Source: Sumerlaeia bacterium
GTDB taxonomy: Bacteria > Sumerlaeota > Sumerlaeia > SLMS01 > JAHLLQ01
Assembly (NCBI GenBank): GCA_040219255.1
Contig: JAVJSW010000009.1
Location: 1-24,089, forward strand
DNA length: 24,089 nt
Reading direction: 5' to 3'
Shown: in pieces, positions 16,036 through 24,089 of the stretch
Layout: each line of letters starts with the position of its first letter
How positions within the stretch are numbered: the stretch's first letter is position 1
The notes under the pieces: generated by a model
Databases searched by the model: none
The model's input: the letters and a program-made list of their open reading frames with translations, nothing else
What the model was told of the DNA's origin: nothing
Position numbers and translations under genes: made by a program

Positions 16036-18090
16036 TTAGCCCTCGCCTCGGCGGCGCCTCTCGCTTCCGTCGGTGACCAGGCTCTCGTCGAACTTGGCCT
16101 CCATCGTCTGAACCGCGTCCCGGCGGAACTCCTCGAGCAGCGCGCTGCCCTTGTCCATCCGGTACCGCGTCTCCAGATCGCCCAGGTCCGCCAGGAAGTC
16201 TTTCTTCGGAGGCTCCTCCTCGCTCAAGACCTTGAACACGATCATCGCCAGCGGCACCTGGCCGAAGCCCTGCTCCACAATGCCCAGGTCGCCATCGGGC
16301 AAACCGTAGGACACCGACGGGAAGTTCGGCGCCTGGCCCAGCGCGCCCGGCGCCTCCATGCGGGTGAACGGTTCGCCCACCTTCGCGTAGGTCGCCAGTT
16401 CCACCTTCTCCGTCGCGCTTGTGAAGTTGTCGCCCGCCTTCACCATCGCCTTCAACTCCTCCGCCTTCTCGCGAGCCAGCTCCACCGCCTTCTCGCGCTT
16501 CACGGAGCGCTCGACGCGATCCTTCACTTCGGCGAATTCGTAGGGCCGTTCCTCCAGAATCTCTTTCACCTGCAAGACCACGATGTCCCCCTGGGGCGTG
16601 CGCAAGGCCGGGCTCAGTTCGTTGAGCTGCATGTCGCTCAGGAAGTCCGTGAACTGGGACAGATCCCCCACGCCCGCGATGAACCCGATGCTGAGCATGG
16701 TCGGGCTGGTCTGCCCCACTTCCGCCTCCACGGCCCGGGCCACGCCCTCGATGGAGGTGGCTTCCGCCGCCGCTTCGCGCATCTTCAATTCGGCCTCGTT
16801 GATCGACTCGGCGCGTCGCCCGGTCCAGTCCCGGTCACGCTGCGACCGCAGCCGCGCTTCGAGCTGACGCCGCACTTCGCCGAAGGAGCGCTTGCCGCCC
16901 GTGTCTTCGACACGCGCGATATAGAAGGCGCCGCCGCTCTCGAACACAGGCGACACCTCGCCCGGTTCCAGACCCGCCACCGTCTTGTACCACTCGCCGC
17001 CGTAACGCTCCACCATGGCGCGGCGCGTCTCCGTCGTCAGCCGCTCCGCCAGAACGCCGCCCCGCGTCGTGGGCAGGCCTTCTTCCTGGAACTCGATATT
17101 TTCCATGTCGTCGGATTCGAAATCGGCCGCGTCCGCCATGTCGCGCTCGCCGCTGGCGATCTGTTCGCGCAGCGCCTGCGCCTCCTGGCGAACCGCATCC
17201 GTCGTGGGACCATCTTCGATGTCGAGCTGGATGTGGCGTACGATCAGCGGATCGGCGCCAAAGAACTGGCTGTCGGCTTGCGGATCGAGCGCTTCGTAGG
17301 CCGCGCGCAGCATCTCGCCGGTGATTTCGCCCTCCGGCGTCTGCGGCGGAGCCGCCAGCTTCACGTAGCGGTAAACGCGCTCTTCTTCCTTCACGAACTG
17401 CTCGGGGTTCTCTTCAAAGTATTCGCGCAACTCGTCTTCCGTCGTTTCGACGCGCGCTTCGAAATCCGTCACTGGAATGCGCGCGTATTCGGCGGTGATT
17501 TTTTCGTTGGCCAGCAGCCATTCCTGCCACAGTTCGAGCAGAGACGGGCGCGCCACGGAAGTCACAAGGCCCTGCACGCGGTTGCGTTGCAGGCTGCTCT
17601 TCTGGCTGCGGAGGAACTGCGTCTCGGTCATGCCCTGTTGGCGCAGGTAATTGTCCAGCATGTCCCGCGTCACGCCCTGATCCTTCAGCATCGTCGCCAA
17701 CTGCTGGTCCGAGACGCGCAGTTCGACGCGCTCGGCCAAGTCTTGCAGCGCTTCCTGAGTCACGGCGAATTCGGCGATTTCCTTGTTGGAAAGCATGTTC
17801 TCGATGCGTGACTGGAGGGCCTGTGTGGGCTGCTGGCCGTAGATGCGGCTGATCAGCAACATGTACCGGTCGGCCAGCGCCCGGCGCGCCGCCAGCATGC
17901 GGTCGTTGTCCAGGGGCACCTCGCCCCGGGCCGTCTGGATCGTGCCGTACTCGCGGTCCTCGAACCCACCGGAGGTCGTCGCCGCCTGATTGAAATCGCC
18001 GTACAACAGCACGAAGGCCGGAATGGTAAGAATGAGTAGCGACCACATGGCGAATTTCATCACCCGGGGGTCGCGCAGTTGCTGCATCAT
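16036..18090 (-). CDS. ppiD: PpiD-like membrane-anchored periplasmic chaperone (SurA N-domain + parvulin-like domain), 684 aa
   Basis: Start MMQQLR followed by a single TM anchor (MWSLLILTIPAFVLLYG). Contains LRVSDQQL, ELREYFEENPEQF..EER, VRHIQL, RGG.L, LEPGEVSPVFE and FAEVKDRV. Very acidic. Confidence 0.82.
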   Translation of the reverse strand: MMQQLRDPRVMKFAMWSLLILTIPAFVLLYGDFNQAATTSGGFEDREYGTIQTARGEVPLDNDRMLAARRALADRYMLLISRIYGQQPTQALQSRIENMLSNKEIAEFAVTQEALQDLAERVELRVSDQQLATMLKDQGVTRDMLDNYLRQQGMTETQFLRSQKSSLQRNRVQGLVTSVARPSLLELWQEWLLANEKITAEYARIPVTDFEARVETTEDELREYFEENPEQFVKEEERVYRYVKLAAPPQTPEGEITGEMLRAAYEALDPQADSQFFGADPLIVRHIQLDIEDGPTTDAVRQEAQALREQIASGERDMADAADFESDDMENIEFQEEGLPTTRGGVLAERLTTETRRAMVERYGGEWYKTVAGLEPGEVSPVFESGGAFYIARVEDTGGKRSFGEVRRQLEARLRSQRDRDWTGRRAESINEAELKMREAAAEATSIEGVARAVEAEVGQTSPTMLSIGFIAGVGDLSQFTDFLSDMQLNELSPALRTPQGDIVVLQVKEILEERPYEFAEVKDRVERSVKREKAVELAREKAEELKAMVKAGDNFTSATEKVELATYAKVGEPFTRMEAPGALGQAPNFPSVSYGLPDGDLGIVEQGFGQVPLAMIVFKVLSEEEPPKKDFLADLGDLETRYRMDKGSALLEEFRRDAVQTMEAKFDESLVTDGSERRRRGEG

Positions 18091-18361
18091 AGCGCGGTTC
18101 GCTCCAAGGTCCGGCCAACGGAAATCGGAGCCGAGGCGGACAGGTTTCACCGGCCCGGCCGCGCCAAATGGCCAGCCGAATCGGGCCAAAAGGATTGGAC
18201 CGGCGCCCTATGACCGGTCAATGGAAAGAGCGGCCACCGGCGATTTTCCCCTCACCCCATCCAGCCACCCATCGTCCTTGCGCTTGCCCTTTTCCCCGCA
18301 CCGGTGCTCCGTCACTCGTTCTCCACGAACCTCTCAATTCCACCCGGCCACCATTCCCGCC

Positions 18362-19534
18362 ATGGACGATCCCCCCAAGCCTCCCCCCTTGGCCGAAGCC
18401 AACCGCTTCGGCATGCTCGACAGCATGCGCGGCCTCGCCGCCTTCTCCGTCATGCTGACGCATTTCTATGCCAGCACCTATAAATACACCTTCCTCGAAG
18501 TTCTTCCCGAATGGGTGGTGGTCCTGATCGACCGCTACCTCATCTACGGGGTGGACGTCTTCTTCGTCCTCAGCGGCTTCGTCATGGCCTTCGTGCTTTC
18601 CAGGCGCCCCATCGATGCCCCACTTTTCGGCAATTTCCTCCTGCGCCGCACGGCCCGCATCGGGCCCCCCTATTGGGCCACGATCATCCTGGCGCTCGTT
18701 TACTGGAAGCTCTCGAACGTGGTCTTCACCTGGCGTCAGGTGCCCATGCCATCCTTCCCGGAGATCGCCGCCAACGTCTTCTTCGTCCAGGAAATCCTGA
18801 GCTTGCCCCATGTCCTCGGAGTCTTCTGGACACTTTGCATCGAGATGCAGTTCTATCTCGTCTTCGGTCTCCTCGTCTGGGCGGAAAGCCGCTTCCGCCT
18901 GCTCGATCCCTCAAGTCCCCGAACCCACGGCTGGTGCGCCGTTCACCTCGGGCTGGTGGCCCTCAGTCTGGCGATCCACACAGGGTGGCTGCCGCTGAGG
19001 CCCGCCATGGCTCCGTGGTTCATCACCTTCTGGTATTCCTTCGCCGCCGGAGCCTTCACCTTTCGCTACCTGACGCGGAGCATTCCGCGATGGAGTTACT
19101 GGGCCATGCTCGGCCTCCTGACCGCCGCCACCGCCCTGACCTACGCCAACTCGGTCTTCGTGTCCACCGGCTCCGCCTTGTTCATCCTCTTCGCGGGCGA
19201 ACGCGGCCGGCTCGGCCGCTGGCTCTGTCATCCCGCACTGCTTTACCTGGGGGCCATTTCCTACAGCCTTTATCTGGTTCATTCGCTGGTCGGACCACCG
19301 GTCATGAACCTCTCGACCCGCCTGGGGGACTCGCTGGCGGTCGCGGTGGGGGCGTTTCTGGTGGCCATTCTGATCGCCATAGGAGTGTCGGATCTCATGT
19401 ACCGGCTGATCGAGCGCCCCGCCACGCGTCTTTCCCATTGGTTGAAGCCGACGCCCAAACCTTCTGTGCCGCCTCCCGTCATCGAACCCATCGAACCTGT
19501 CGAACCTCCCATCGAGTATCCGCCGGCCGCCTGA
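18362..19534 (+). CDS. Acyltransferase-3 family (OafA/YrhL-like) membrane O-acyltransferase, about 390 aa, no SGNH domain
   Basis: LDSMRGLAA...H, GVDVFFVLSGF, RRTARIGPPYW, WTLCIEMQFY, LGAISYSLYLVH, IERP. The ORF-track start at 17990 overlaps ppiD and is rejected. Confidence 0.93.
   Translation: MDDPPKPPPLAEANRFGMLDSMRGLAAFSVMLTHFYASTYKYTFLEVLPEWVVVLIDRYLIYGVDVFFVLSGFVMAFVLSRRPIDAPLFGNFLLRRTARIGPPYWATIILALVYWKLSNVVFTWRQVPMPSFPEIAANVFFVQEILSLPHVLGVFWTLCIEMQFYLVFGLLVWAESRFRLLDPSSPRTHGWCAVHLGLVALSLAIHTGWLPLRPAMAPWFITFWYSFAAGAFTFRYLTRSIPRWSYWAMLGLLTAATALTYANSVFVSTGSALFILFAGERGRLGRWLCHPALLYLGAISYSLYLVHSLVGPPVMNLSTRLGDSLAVAVGAFLVAILIAIGVSDLMYRLIERPATRLSHWLKPTPKPSVPPPVIEPIEPVEPPIEYPPAA
19481..19507 (+). 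repeat. Three tandem 9-bp units encoding IEP-IEP-VEP
   Basis: ATCGAACCC-ATCGAACCT-GTCGAACCT in the Pro-rich tail of the acyltransferase. Confidence 0.7.
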
Positions 19535-19543
19535 GCCGCCCCG

Positions 19544-19583
19544 AAAAGAGAAACCCCCGGTGTGCAAACCGGAGGCCCCCCTC
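19544..19583 (-). terminator. Intrinsic terminator downstream of the CBM protein gene
   Basis: Minus-strand RNA GGCCUCCGGU-UUGCAC-ACCGGGGGUU followed by UCUCUUUU, between convergent genes. Confidence 0.65.
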
Positions 19584-19625
19584 ATGCGCTTCGATTGTCC
19601 GGTGGCGTCCCCACGCCTGCCTTTA

Positions 19626-21179
19626 TTAATCCTGGCGCTTGATGCTGTAAACCAGGCTGTTCTCGTCAAAGAAGATGTCGTGCGTGCCGTACACCGGTCC
19701 GAGGATCTTGATGTCCGCGGCGCCGGGCTGGGCCACCGACAGCAGCGGCGCGTAGATGCCCCACTTGGCTTCGATGTCGCCCCAGTTCTCAGCCCACGTG
19801 CCGTTCGCCGCGAACTTGAAGGAGATGCTGTCCTCGCCCGCGAAGGCATAGGTCGCCGACCACAGGCCATCGTCCACCAGGACCATGTTGTTCACGGAAG
19901 GATCCCAGCCGTTGAAATCGCCCACGAAGCTCATCGAGGCGAAGTTCGAGGTCAGCGGCTCGCCCTGGGCGAAAGTCAGACGCAGCGCGAAACTCACCAG
20001 CGTGTGCGATCCGGTGCCGCCGGTGCGCACGATGCCCACGGTCCACTCATCCTGGGCCAGACTGCCCTCGAGCAGGGCCAGCGCACCGGCGTCCAGGTTG
20101 AGAATCTGCTCCGAGCCCTGAAGCGGGAAGGTGCTCAGATCGGTGCTGGCGAAGCTCTGCGCGCCGCCGATCGTTTGATAGGCCAGCTCCGGGTCCTCCG
20201 TCGTCGCGGCCCAGGTGGGCGTGTGCTTGAACGCGTGGGTGCCGTAGGGGTACGGGCCTTCGTAGAAGCCGCTGGCGGTGTAGACCAGTTGGGCGGACAC
20301 GATGGCCGCGTCGTTCGGAATGGCGCTCAGGTTGAACGCGGCGGCGCACATCATCGTGCGCCGGTGATCCGGATTGCCGACCTCGAGCTGGTTCGTCAGG
20401 ATGTTCTTCTGATTGATGCCATAGGCCGTCACACTCTGCACCGTGGCCATGGCGAAGGGGCTCAGCGTGATCGTCTGCCCCGCCGCGGACTGAACCGCCA
20501 CGTGCCAGTCGCCGCCGCCGTTGTTGTCCCAGCCGCCATTGCCGTTCGTGAAGGCGAAGTCCAGCGTCGAGGTGCCCTCGGGCAGCGTGATGTTGGCGAC
20601 CCACTCGGTGCCCGAGTAGCGCTCCATCGGCGTCTGCGTCGTGCCGTTCCAGCCGTTGCGGCCCCAGTGCAGCCACATTGAGCCGGAACCCGCCAGCGGA
20701 CCCTGCGCCGCGTCGTAGATCACGGCGAGGTGCTGGCCCGCGAGGGGCTCGGCGGGAATCAGCTCGACCTGCGGGCCGGCCACCACGTCCACGTGCCAGT
20801 TCGCGCCGCCGTTGTTGTCCCAGGTGCCCGCGCCATCGTTGAACACGAAGTCCAGCGAGCTGGGGCCGTTCGGCACCGCCAGTTCGACCTGCCACAGGCC
20901 GCCGCCCTGGCTCGTCATCGCCGTGTCGTTCACCACCAGCCAGTTGTCCCAGCCGTAGTGCATCGTCACCGTCGAGGCGCCGCTGAGCGCCGTACCGTTG
21001 GCATCGTAAGTAATGACCACCGCGCCGCCGGAGACAGCGGGGTTGGGATCGGCCGTGGCGCCGGCGAAAGCGCGGCCCGCGGCCAGCAGCAGCAGGGCCA
21101 TCAGCAGCGCCACAGTGGCGCGGCCAACGCGCAACGCGGGAGCAAGGGTGGTGGGAAGAGTCGCCGTTTGGCTCGTCAT
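19626..21179 (-). CDS. Secreted multi-module carbohydrate-binding protein, 517 aa: signal peptide, 2x CBM25/CBM53-like, DNRLRE-like middle domain, C-terminal SusE/F- or pullulanase X25-like module
   Basis: GGAGG RBS before ATG at 21179; signal peptide ending AFA. Two repeats with H.G...W, LDF.F and WDNNGG..W. Middle domain FNLSAIPNDAAIVSAQL. C-terminal FVGDFNGWDP...M...GLWS...FKFAANGTWAENWG. Confidence 0.85.
   Translation of the reverse strand: MTSQTATLPTTLAPALRVGRATVALLMALLLLAAGRAFAGATADPNPAVSGGAVVITYDANGTALSGASTVTMHYGWDNWLVVNDTAMTSQGGGLWQVELAVPNGPSSLDFVFNDGAGTWDNNGGANWHVDVVAGPQVELIPAEPLAGQHLAVIYDAAQGPLAGSGSMWLHWGRNGWNGTTQTPMERYSGTEWVANITLPEGTSTLDFAFTNGNGGWDNNGGGDWHVAVQSAAGQTITLSPFAMATVQSVTAYGINQKNILTNQLEVGNPDHRRTMMCAAAFNLSAIPNDAAIVSAQLVYTASGFYEGPYPYGTHAFKHTPTWAATTEDPELAYQTIGGAQSFASTDLSTFPLQGSEQILNLDAGALALLEGSLAQDEWTVGIVRTGGTGSHTLVSFALRLTFAQGEPLTSNFASMSFVGDFNGWDPSVNNMVLVDDGLWSATYAFAGEDSISFKFAANGTWAENWGDIEAKWGIYAPLLSVAQPGAADIKILGPVYGTHDIFFDENSLVYSIKRQD
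20490..21060 (-). repeat. Intragenic tandem duplication of a starch-binding module, 291-bp (97 aa) period
   Basis: CACGTGCCAGT at 20499 and 20790. GCCGCCGTTGTTGTCCCAG and CGAAGTCCAGCG also recur at the same offset. Confidence 0.85.
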
Positions 21180-21403
21180 CGTTGTCCTCCAGGAGCGAAA
21201 TGTGATTCGCTTCGAATATGTGGCTTTTCTTGAAAACCTGGAAGACAGATGGAATTTGGAACGGGTCCACGTCAAAGCGCGTCGATGGCGTAAAGGGCCC
21301 TTTTTGATAAAACCCTCGTACGCATACCAACACGCCTTGCAGCTTACATCTCGTTTATGCAACGATTTATTGCCCGCTGCATTGAGTTGCAATGGGCTCC
21401 GAA

Positions 21404-22471
21404 TTATCCGGCCACCAAACTCGCCACCCGATCTCCGACAGCGTCGGTCCCCATTCCCATTTCGCCCACGCCGAGTCCGGGAAGCTCGCCGGCGACTTTT
21501 TCCACCGCCGAGTCAATGGCGTCGGCGGCTTCTTTTTCGCCCAGATGGCGAATCAGCATCGCCCCGGCGTTGATGCACGCGAGCGGATTGATCGTGTTCT
21601 GGCCCTTGAACTGGGGAGCGCTGCCGCCCACCGGCTCGAACATCGACACGCCGCCCGGTTCCGGGTTGATGTTGCCCGAGGCGCTGATGCCCAGGCCGCC
21701 CTGGATGATCGCGCCCACGTCCGTGATGATGTCGCCGAACATATTGTCCGTCACGATCACATCGTACAGCTCCGGCTTCATCACCATGAACATGCAGCAG
21801 GCGTCCACATGGTGATAGGCGCGCGTCACATCGGGAAAGCCCGCCTCGCCCATTTCGTTGAAAGCCCGCTCCCACAGGTCGAACGCGTAGGTCAGCACGT
21901 TCGTCTTGCCGACCAGGTGAAGCTGCTTGCGCGCGCGCTTTTGGGTCAGCTCGAACGCGTACTTCAGACAGCGGTCCACGCCCTTGCGCGTGTTGATCGA
22001 ATCCTGCACCGCGACTTCGTCCGGCGTGCCCTTCTTCAGCGTGCCGCCCGCGCCCGCGTAGAGCCCCTCGGTGTTTTCGCGCACCACCACGAAGTCGATG
22101 TGCTCGGCGCCCTTGTCCGCCAGCGGGCTCTTGACGCCCGGGTAAAGCTTCACCGGCCGCAGGTTGATGTACTGATCCAGTTCGAACCGCAGCCGCAGCA
22201 GAATGCCGCGCTCCAGAATGCCGGGCTTCACATCCGCGTGTCCGATGGCCGACAGATAAATCGCGTCGCTCGCCTTGAGGTCCGCGTACGCCGCGTCTGG
22301 CAGCACATCGCCCGTGCGCAGATAGCGCTCGCCGCCGATGTCCACCGAGTTCAGGTCCATCGAAAAGCCAAAGCGCCTGGCGGCCGCGTCCAGCACCTTC
22401 AAGCCCTCGCGCATCACCTCCGGCCCAGTGCCGTCGCCTTCGATCACAGAAATCTTGTGTGTTTTCGCCAT
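21404..22471 (-). CDS. leuB: 3-isopropylmalate dehydrogenase (beta-decarboxylating dehydrogenase family, type-2-like)
   Basis: GDGTGPEV, GILLRLRFELDQYINLRP, VVRENTEGLY, GKTNVL, VDA, DNMFGDIITD, MFEPVGGSAP, INP. GGAGGAG upstream. Confidence 0.85.
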   Translation of the reverse strand: MAKTHKISVIEGDGTGPEVMREGLKVLDAAARRFGFSMDLNSVDIGGERYLRTGDVLPDAAYADLKASDAIYLSAIGHADVKPGILERGILLRLRFELDQYINLRPVKLYPGVKSPLADKGAEHIDFVVVRENTEGLYAGAGGTLKKGTPDEVAVQDSINTRKGVDRCLKYAFELTQKRARKQLHLVGKTNVLTYAFDLWERAFNEMGEAGFPDVTRAYHHVDACCMFMVMKPELYDVIVTDNMFGDIITDVGAIIQGGLGISASGNINPEPGGVSMFEPVGGSAPQFKGQNTINPLACINAGAMLIRHLGEKEAADAIDSAVEKVAGELPGLGVGEMGMGTDAVGDRVASLVAG

Positions 22472-22588
22472 AATGTGGGGTCGTCTCCTCCCGATTGCGT
22501 TGTGGCATCAGGGAGAGCCGGGCCCGGGGGCTGGGGCAAAGGGGATTTTTTGGTTCGTAGTGCCGCCTTAAGGCGGAAAGGCGATCCG

Positions 22589-23893
22589 CTACTCCAACGC
22601 CCCCGCCTCCTGGGCGTGCTCTTCGACGAGTTGCAGCATGGCGTCGAGTTGGTTGCCGAAGAGGAGGGCTTCCTCGCCGTTCATAAGAATGCGGCTCGAA
22701 AGCAAGTGACTGGGCAGGGCGTGGCTGACTCGCTCCACCATGCGATGAACCGCCTCGGCTTTGCGCTGGTGGAATTTCACCACCGATTCTCCCAACGATT
22801 CAGTGAAATTTGAGATGACGGAGAACGCTTCGGATTCGTCGCCGTGCGATTCAATTATCGAGCGAAGTTGAGTCCGCCGCTCTTCCTTACGAGTGTTTTC
22901 TTTAAGTACCCTTTCGCATAATTTCTGCATGTATCCGGGCGAGCGAGCTTGCTCGACAAACTTGTCAATCAGGTGGAATCGAAAATGGGAAAAACATTCC
23001 AGTGGCGATCCAAAAAGGGCAAAATGCTGGACGGCGAAGAGAGATTCCTCTGCCCGAAAAGTGTCCTGGGGGATTCGAATGGGATCGAGCTGCCTCGCCG
23101 ACAACTCAACTTTGCGAATGTTTGCTTTGGAAAACTCCATAAATGCTTCAACTACTTCTTGAATGGCATCTGATAAGCATGTCCGCGAGTCGAAAAAAAG
23201 GTGCAGGGGCGTCTCAACTCGCAATCGGTGCGCGATGGATTCGGCGACTTTGGCCTTTGCTGCCTCGATCCGACTGGGCCACATCCTGGGAAATCCATCA
23301 GGCCAAAGATGCCCAAAAATCGAGGGAGCAACAGGCGAATCGTCGGTCCAATCTTGAGACGCACTCCTAAGAAGCTCCAAATCACTACGAAGCCCGATCA
23401 CGAACTGATAGTCACCGGCTTTCTCAAAGAGTTTCCAGATCTCAAGAAGGTTTTGCCTGTAGGGGAAGTAATGATCTTCGCGGAGTTCCTCATCGCCTTC
23501 CGGCTGCAAGTTTGAAAAAGCGTAATCCACCGCATCGTAGGGGTTATTGGGGTCGTAGCTCTCGCGGGGTACTGCGCGTTCCTCAGGCAGGGAAGGCATG
23601 ATCTGCCGTGCGAATTCCGCTGCATGGAACCCTTCCTTGCTATGGGTGCGTTCCGCTGCTTCAAAGGCAGCATCGGATAATTCGAGAGTTTCCTTTAGAT
23701 CGAATTCGAATCGGCCGAGGGCGGCGGCCTGTTCCACCAAGGTGATGGCTTTGTCAATAGGTTCCAGGTTCTCGGGACGAGAGGCCGCGACAAATAGCGG
23801 CTGCACACGCCTCGCACAGCGTGCCGCAAAGGCATTCCTGGCCCAGAGCGGTAGTTGGAGAATCTCTTGTGCTGAGGGGAATTTTTTGTTCAC
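22589..23893 (-). CDS. Hypothetical protein, 434 aa, lower GC than its neighbours
   Basis: Long ORF in roughly 50% GC DNA, where a chance ORF of this length is unlikely. GTG start with an in-frame stop four codons upstream and no clear RBS. Helical N-terminal motif LPLWARNAFAARCARRVQPLF and W..D.PV.PSIFG.LWP.G.P. Confidence 0.8.
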   Translation of the reverse strand: MNKKFPSAQEILQLPLWARNAFAARCARRVQPLFVAASRPENLEPIDKAITLVEQAAALGRFEFDLKETLELSDAAFEAAERTHSKEGFHAAEFARQIMPSLPEERAVPRESYDPNNPYDAVDYAFSNLQPEGDEELREDHYFPYRQNLLEIWKLFEKAGDYQFVIGLRSDLELLRSASQDWTDDSPVAPSIFGHLWPDGFPRMWPSRIEAAKAKVAESIAHRLRVETPLHLFFDSRTCLSDAIQEVVEAFMEFSKANIRKVELSARQLDPIRIPQDTFRAEESLFAVQHFALFGSPLECFSHFRFHLIDKFVEQARSPGYMQKLCERVLKENTRKEERRTQLRSIIESHGDESEAFSVISNFTESLGESVVKFHQRKAEAVHRMVERVSHALPSHLLSSRILMNGEEALLFGNQLDAMLQLVEEHAQEAGALE

Positions 23894-24089
23894 GGAAATG
23901 TGCTATTGGAAGCACAAACTACTGAAGTGCACAAATGGTCCGGCCCGTCCCCGGAAATGGCAAGCTGAATCCCAACTTCCCACAGATCATCCCAGGACCT
24001 TCTCAAGGTACCACTTGACATTGTGGGCCATCAGGCCGTGAGTTCCGGCATCCCCTTCTCGCTGCTGCCCCCCATGACCACCGCTCCTT

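Noticed and set aside
16900-17250. Degenerate parvulin domain with an acidic insertion in the PpiD-like protein
   Set aside because: A catalytically degenerate parvulin domain is normal for PpiD, so this is not novel.
18211-18220. Palindrome TGACCGGTCA overlapping a minus-strand TTGACC upstream of ppiD
   Set aside because: No convincing -10 at 16-18 nt spacing, and short GC-rich palindromes are common by chance.
418-22813. Many long antisense or alternate-frame ORFs (e.g. 418-2232, 3264-5156, 5781-8228, 8457-10559, 14292-15518, 21392-22813)
   Set aside because: Shadow ORFs expected from high GC3 bias. They are Arg/Pro/Ala/His-rich, lack motifs and overlap well-supported genes.
1-24089. CRISPR arrays, tRNA/rRNA, IS elements, integrases
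   Set aside because: No regularly spaced repeats, cloverleaf signatures, terminal inverted repeats or recombinase motifs were seen.

Overview
GC-rich bacterial chromosomal window, almost fully coding, with no rRNA, tRNA, CRISPR array or transposase visible. Its centrepiece is a five-gene minus-strand peptide-ligase/transglutaminase cluster (11720->2317). In transcription order it encodes a transglutaminase-DUF2126 ligase fusion, a circularly permuted ATP-grasp fused to alpha-E (apparently catalytically degenerate), a transglutaminase, an intact circularly permuted ATP-grasp, and a stand-alone alpha-E protein. No Anbu or zincin peptidase gene is present in the window. This family arrangement is known from comparative genomics, but I know of no established product. 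Its two upstream regions carry candidate regulatory motifs. Flanking genes are an ABCB-type exporter, an orphan membrane protein, rex, DUF4149 and DUF4912 proteins, a PpiD-like chaperone, an acyltransferase-3, a secreted non-catalytic tandem starch-binding-module protein, a LeuB-type dehydrogenase and a low-GC hypothetical gene. All calls come from motif recognition by eye; no database searches were run.
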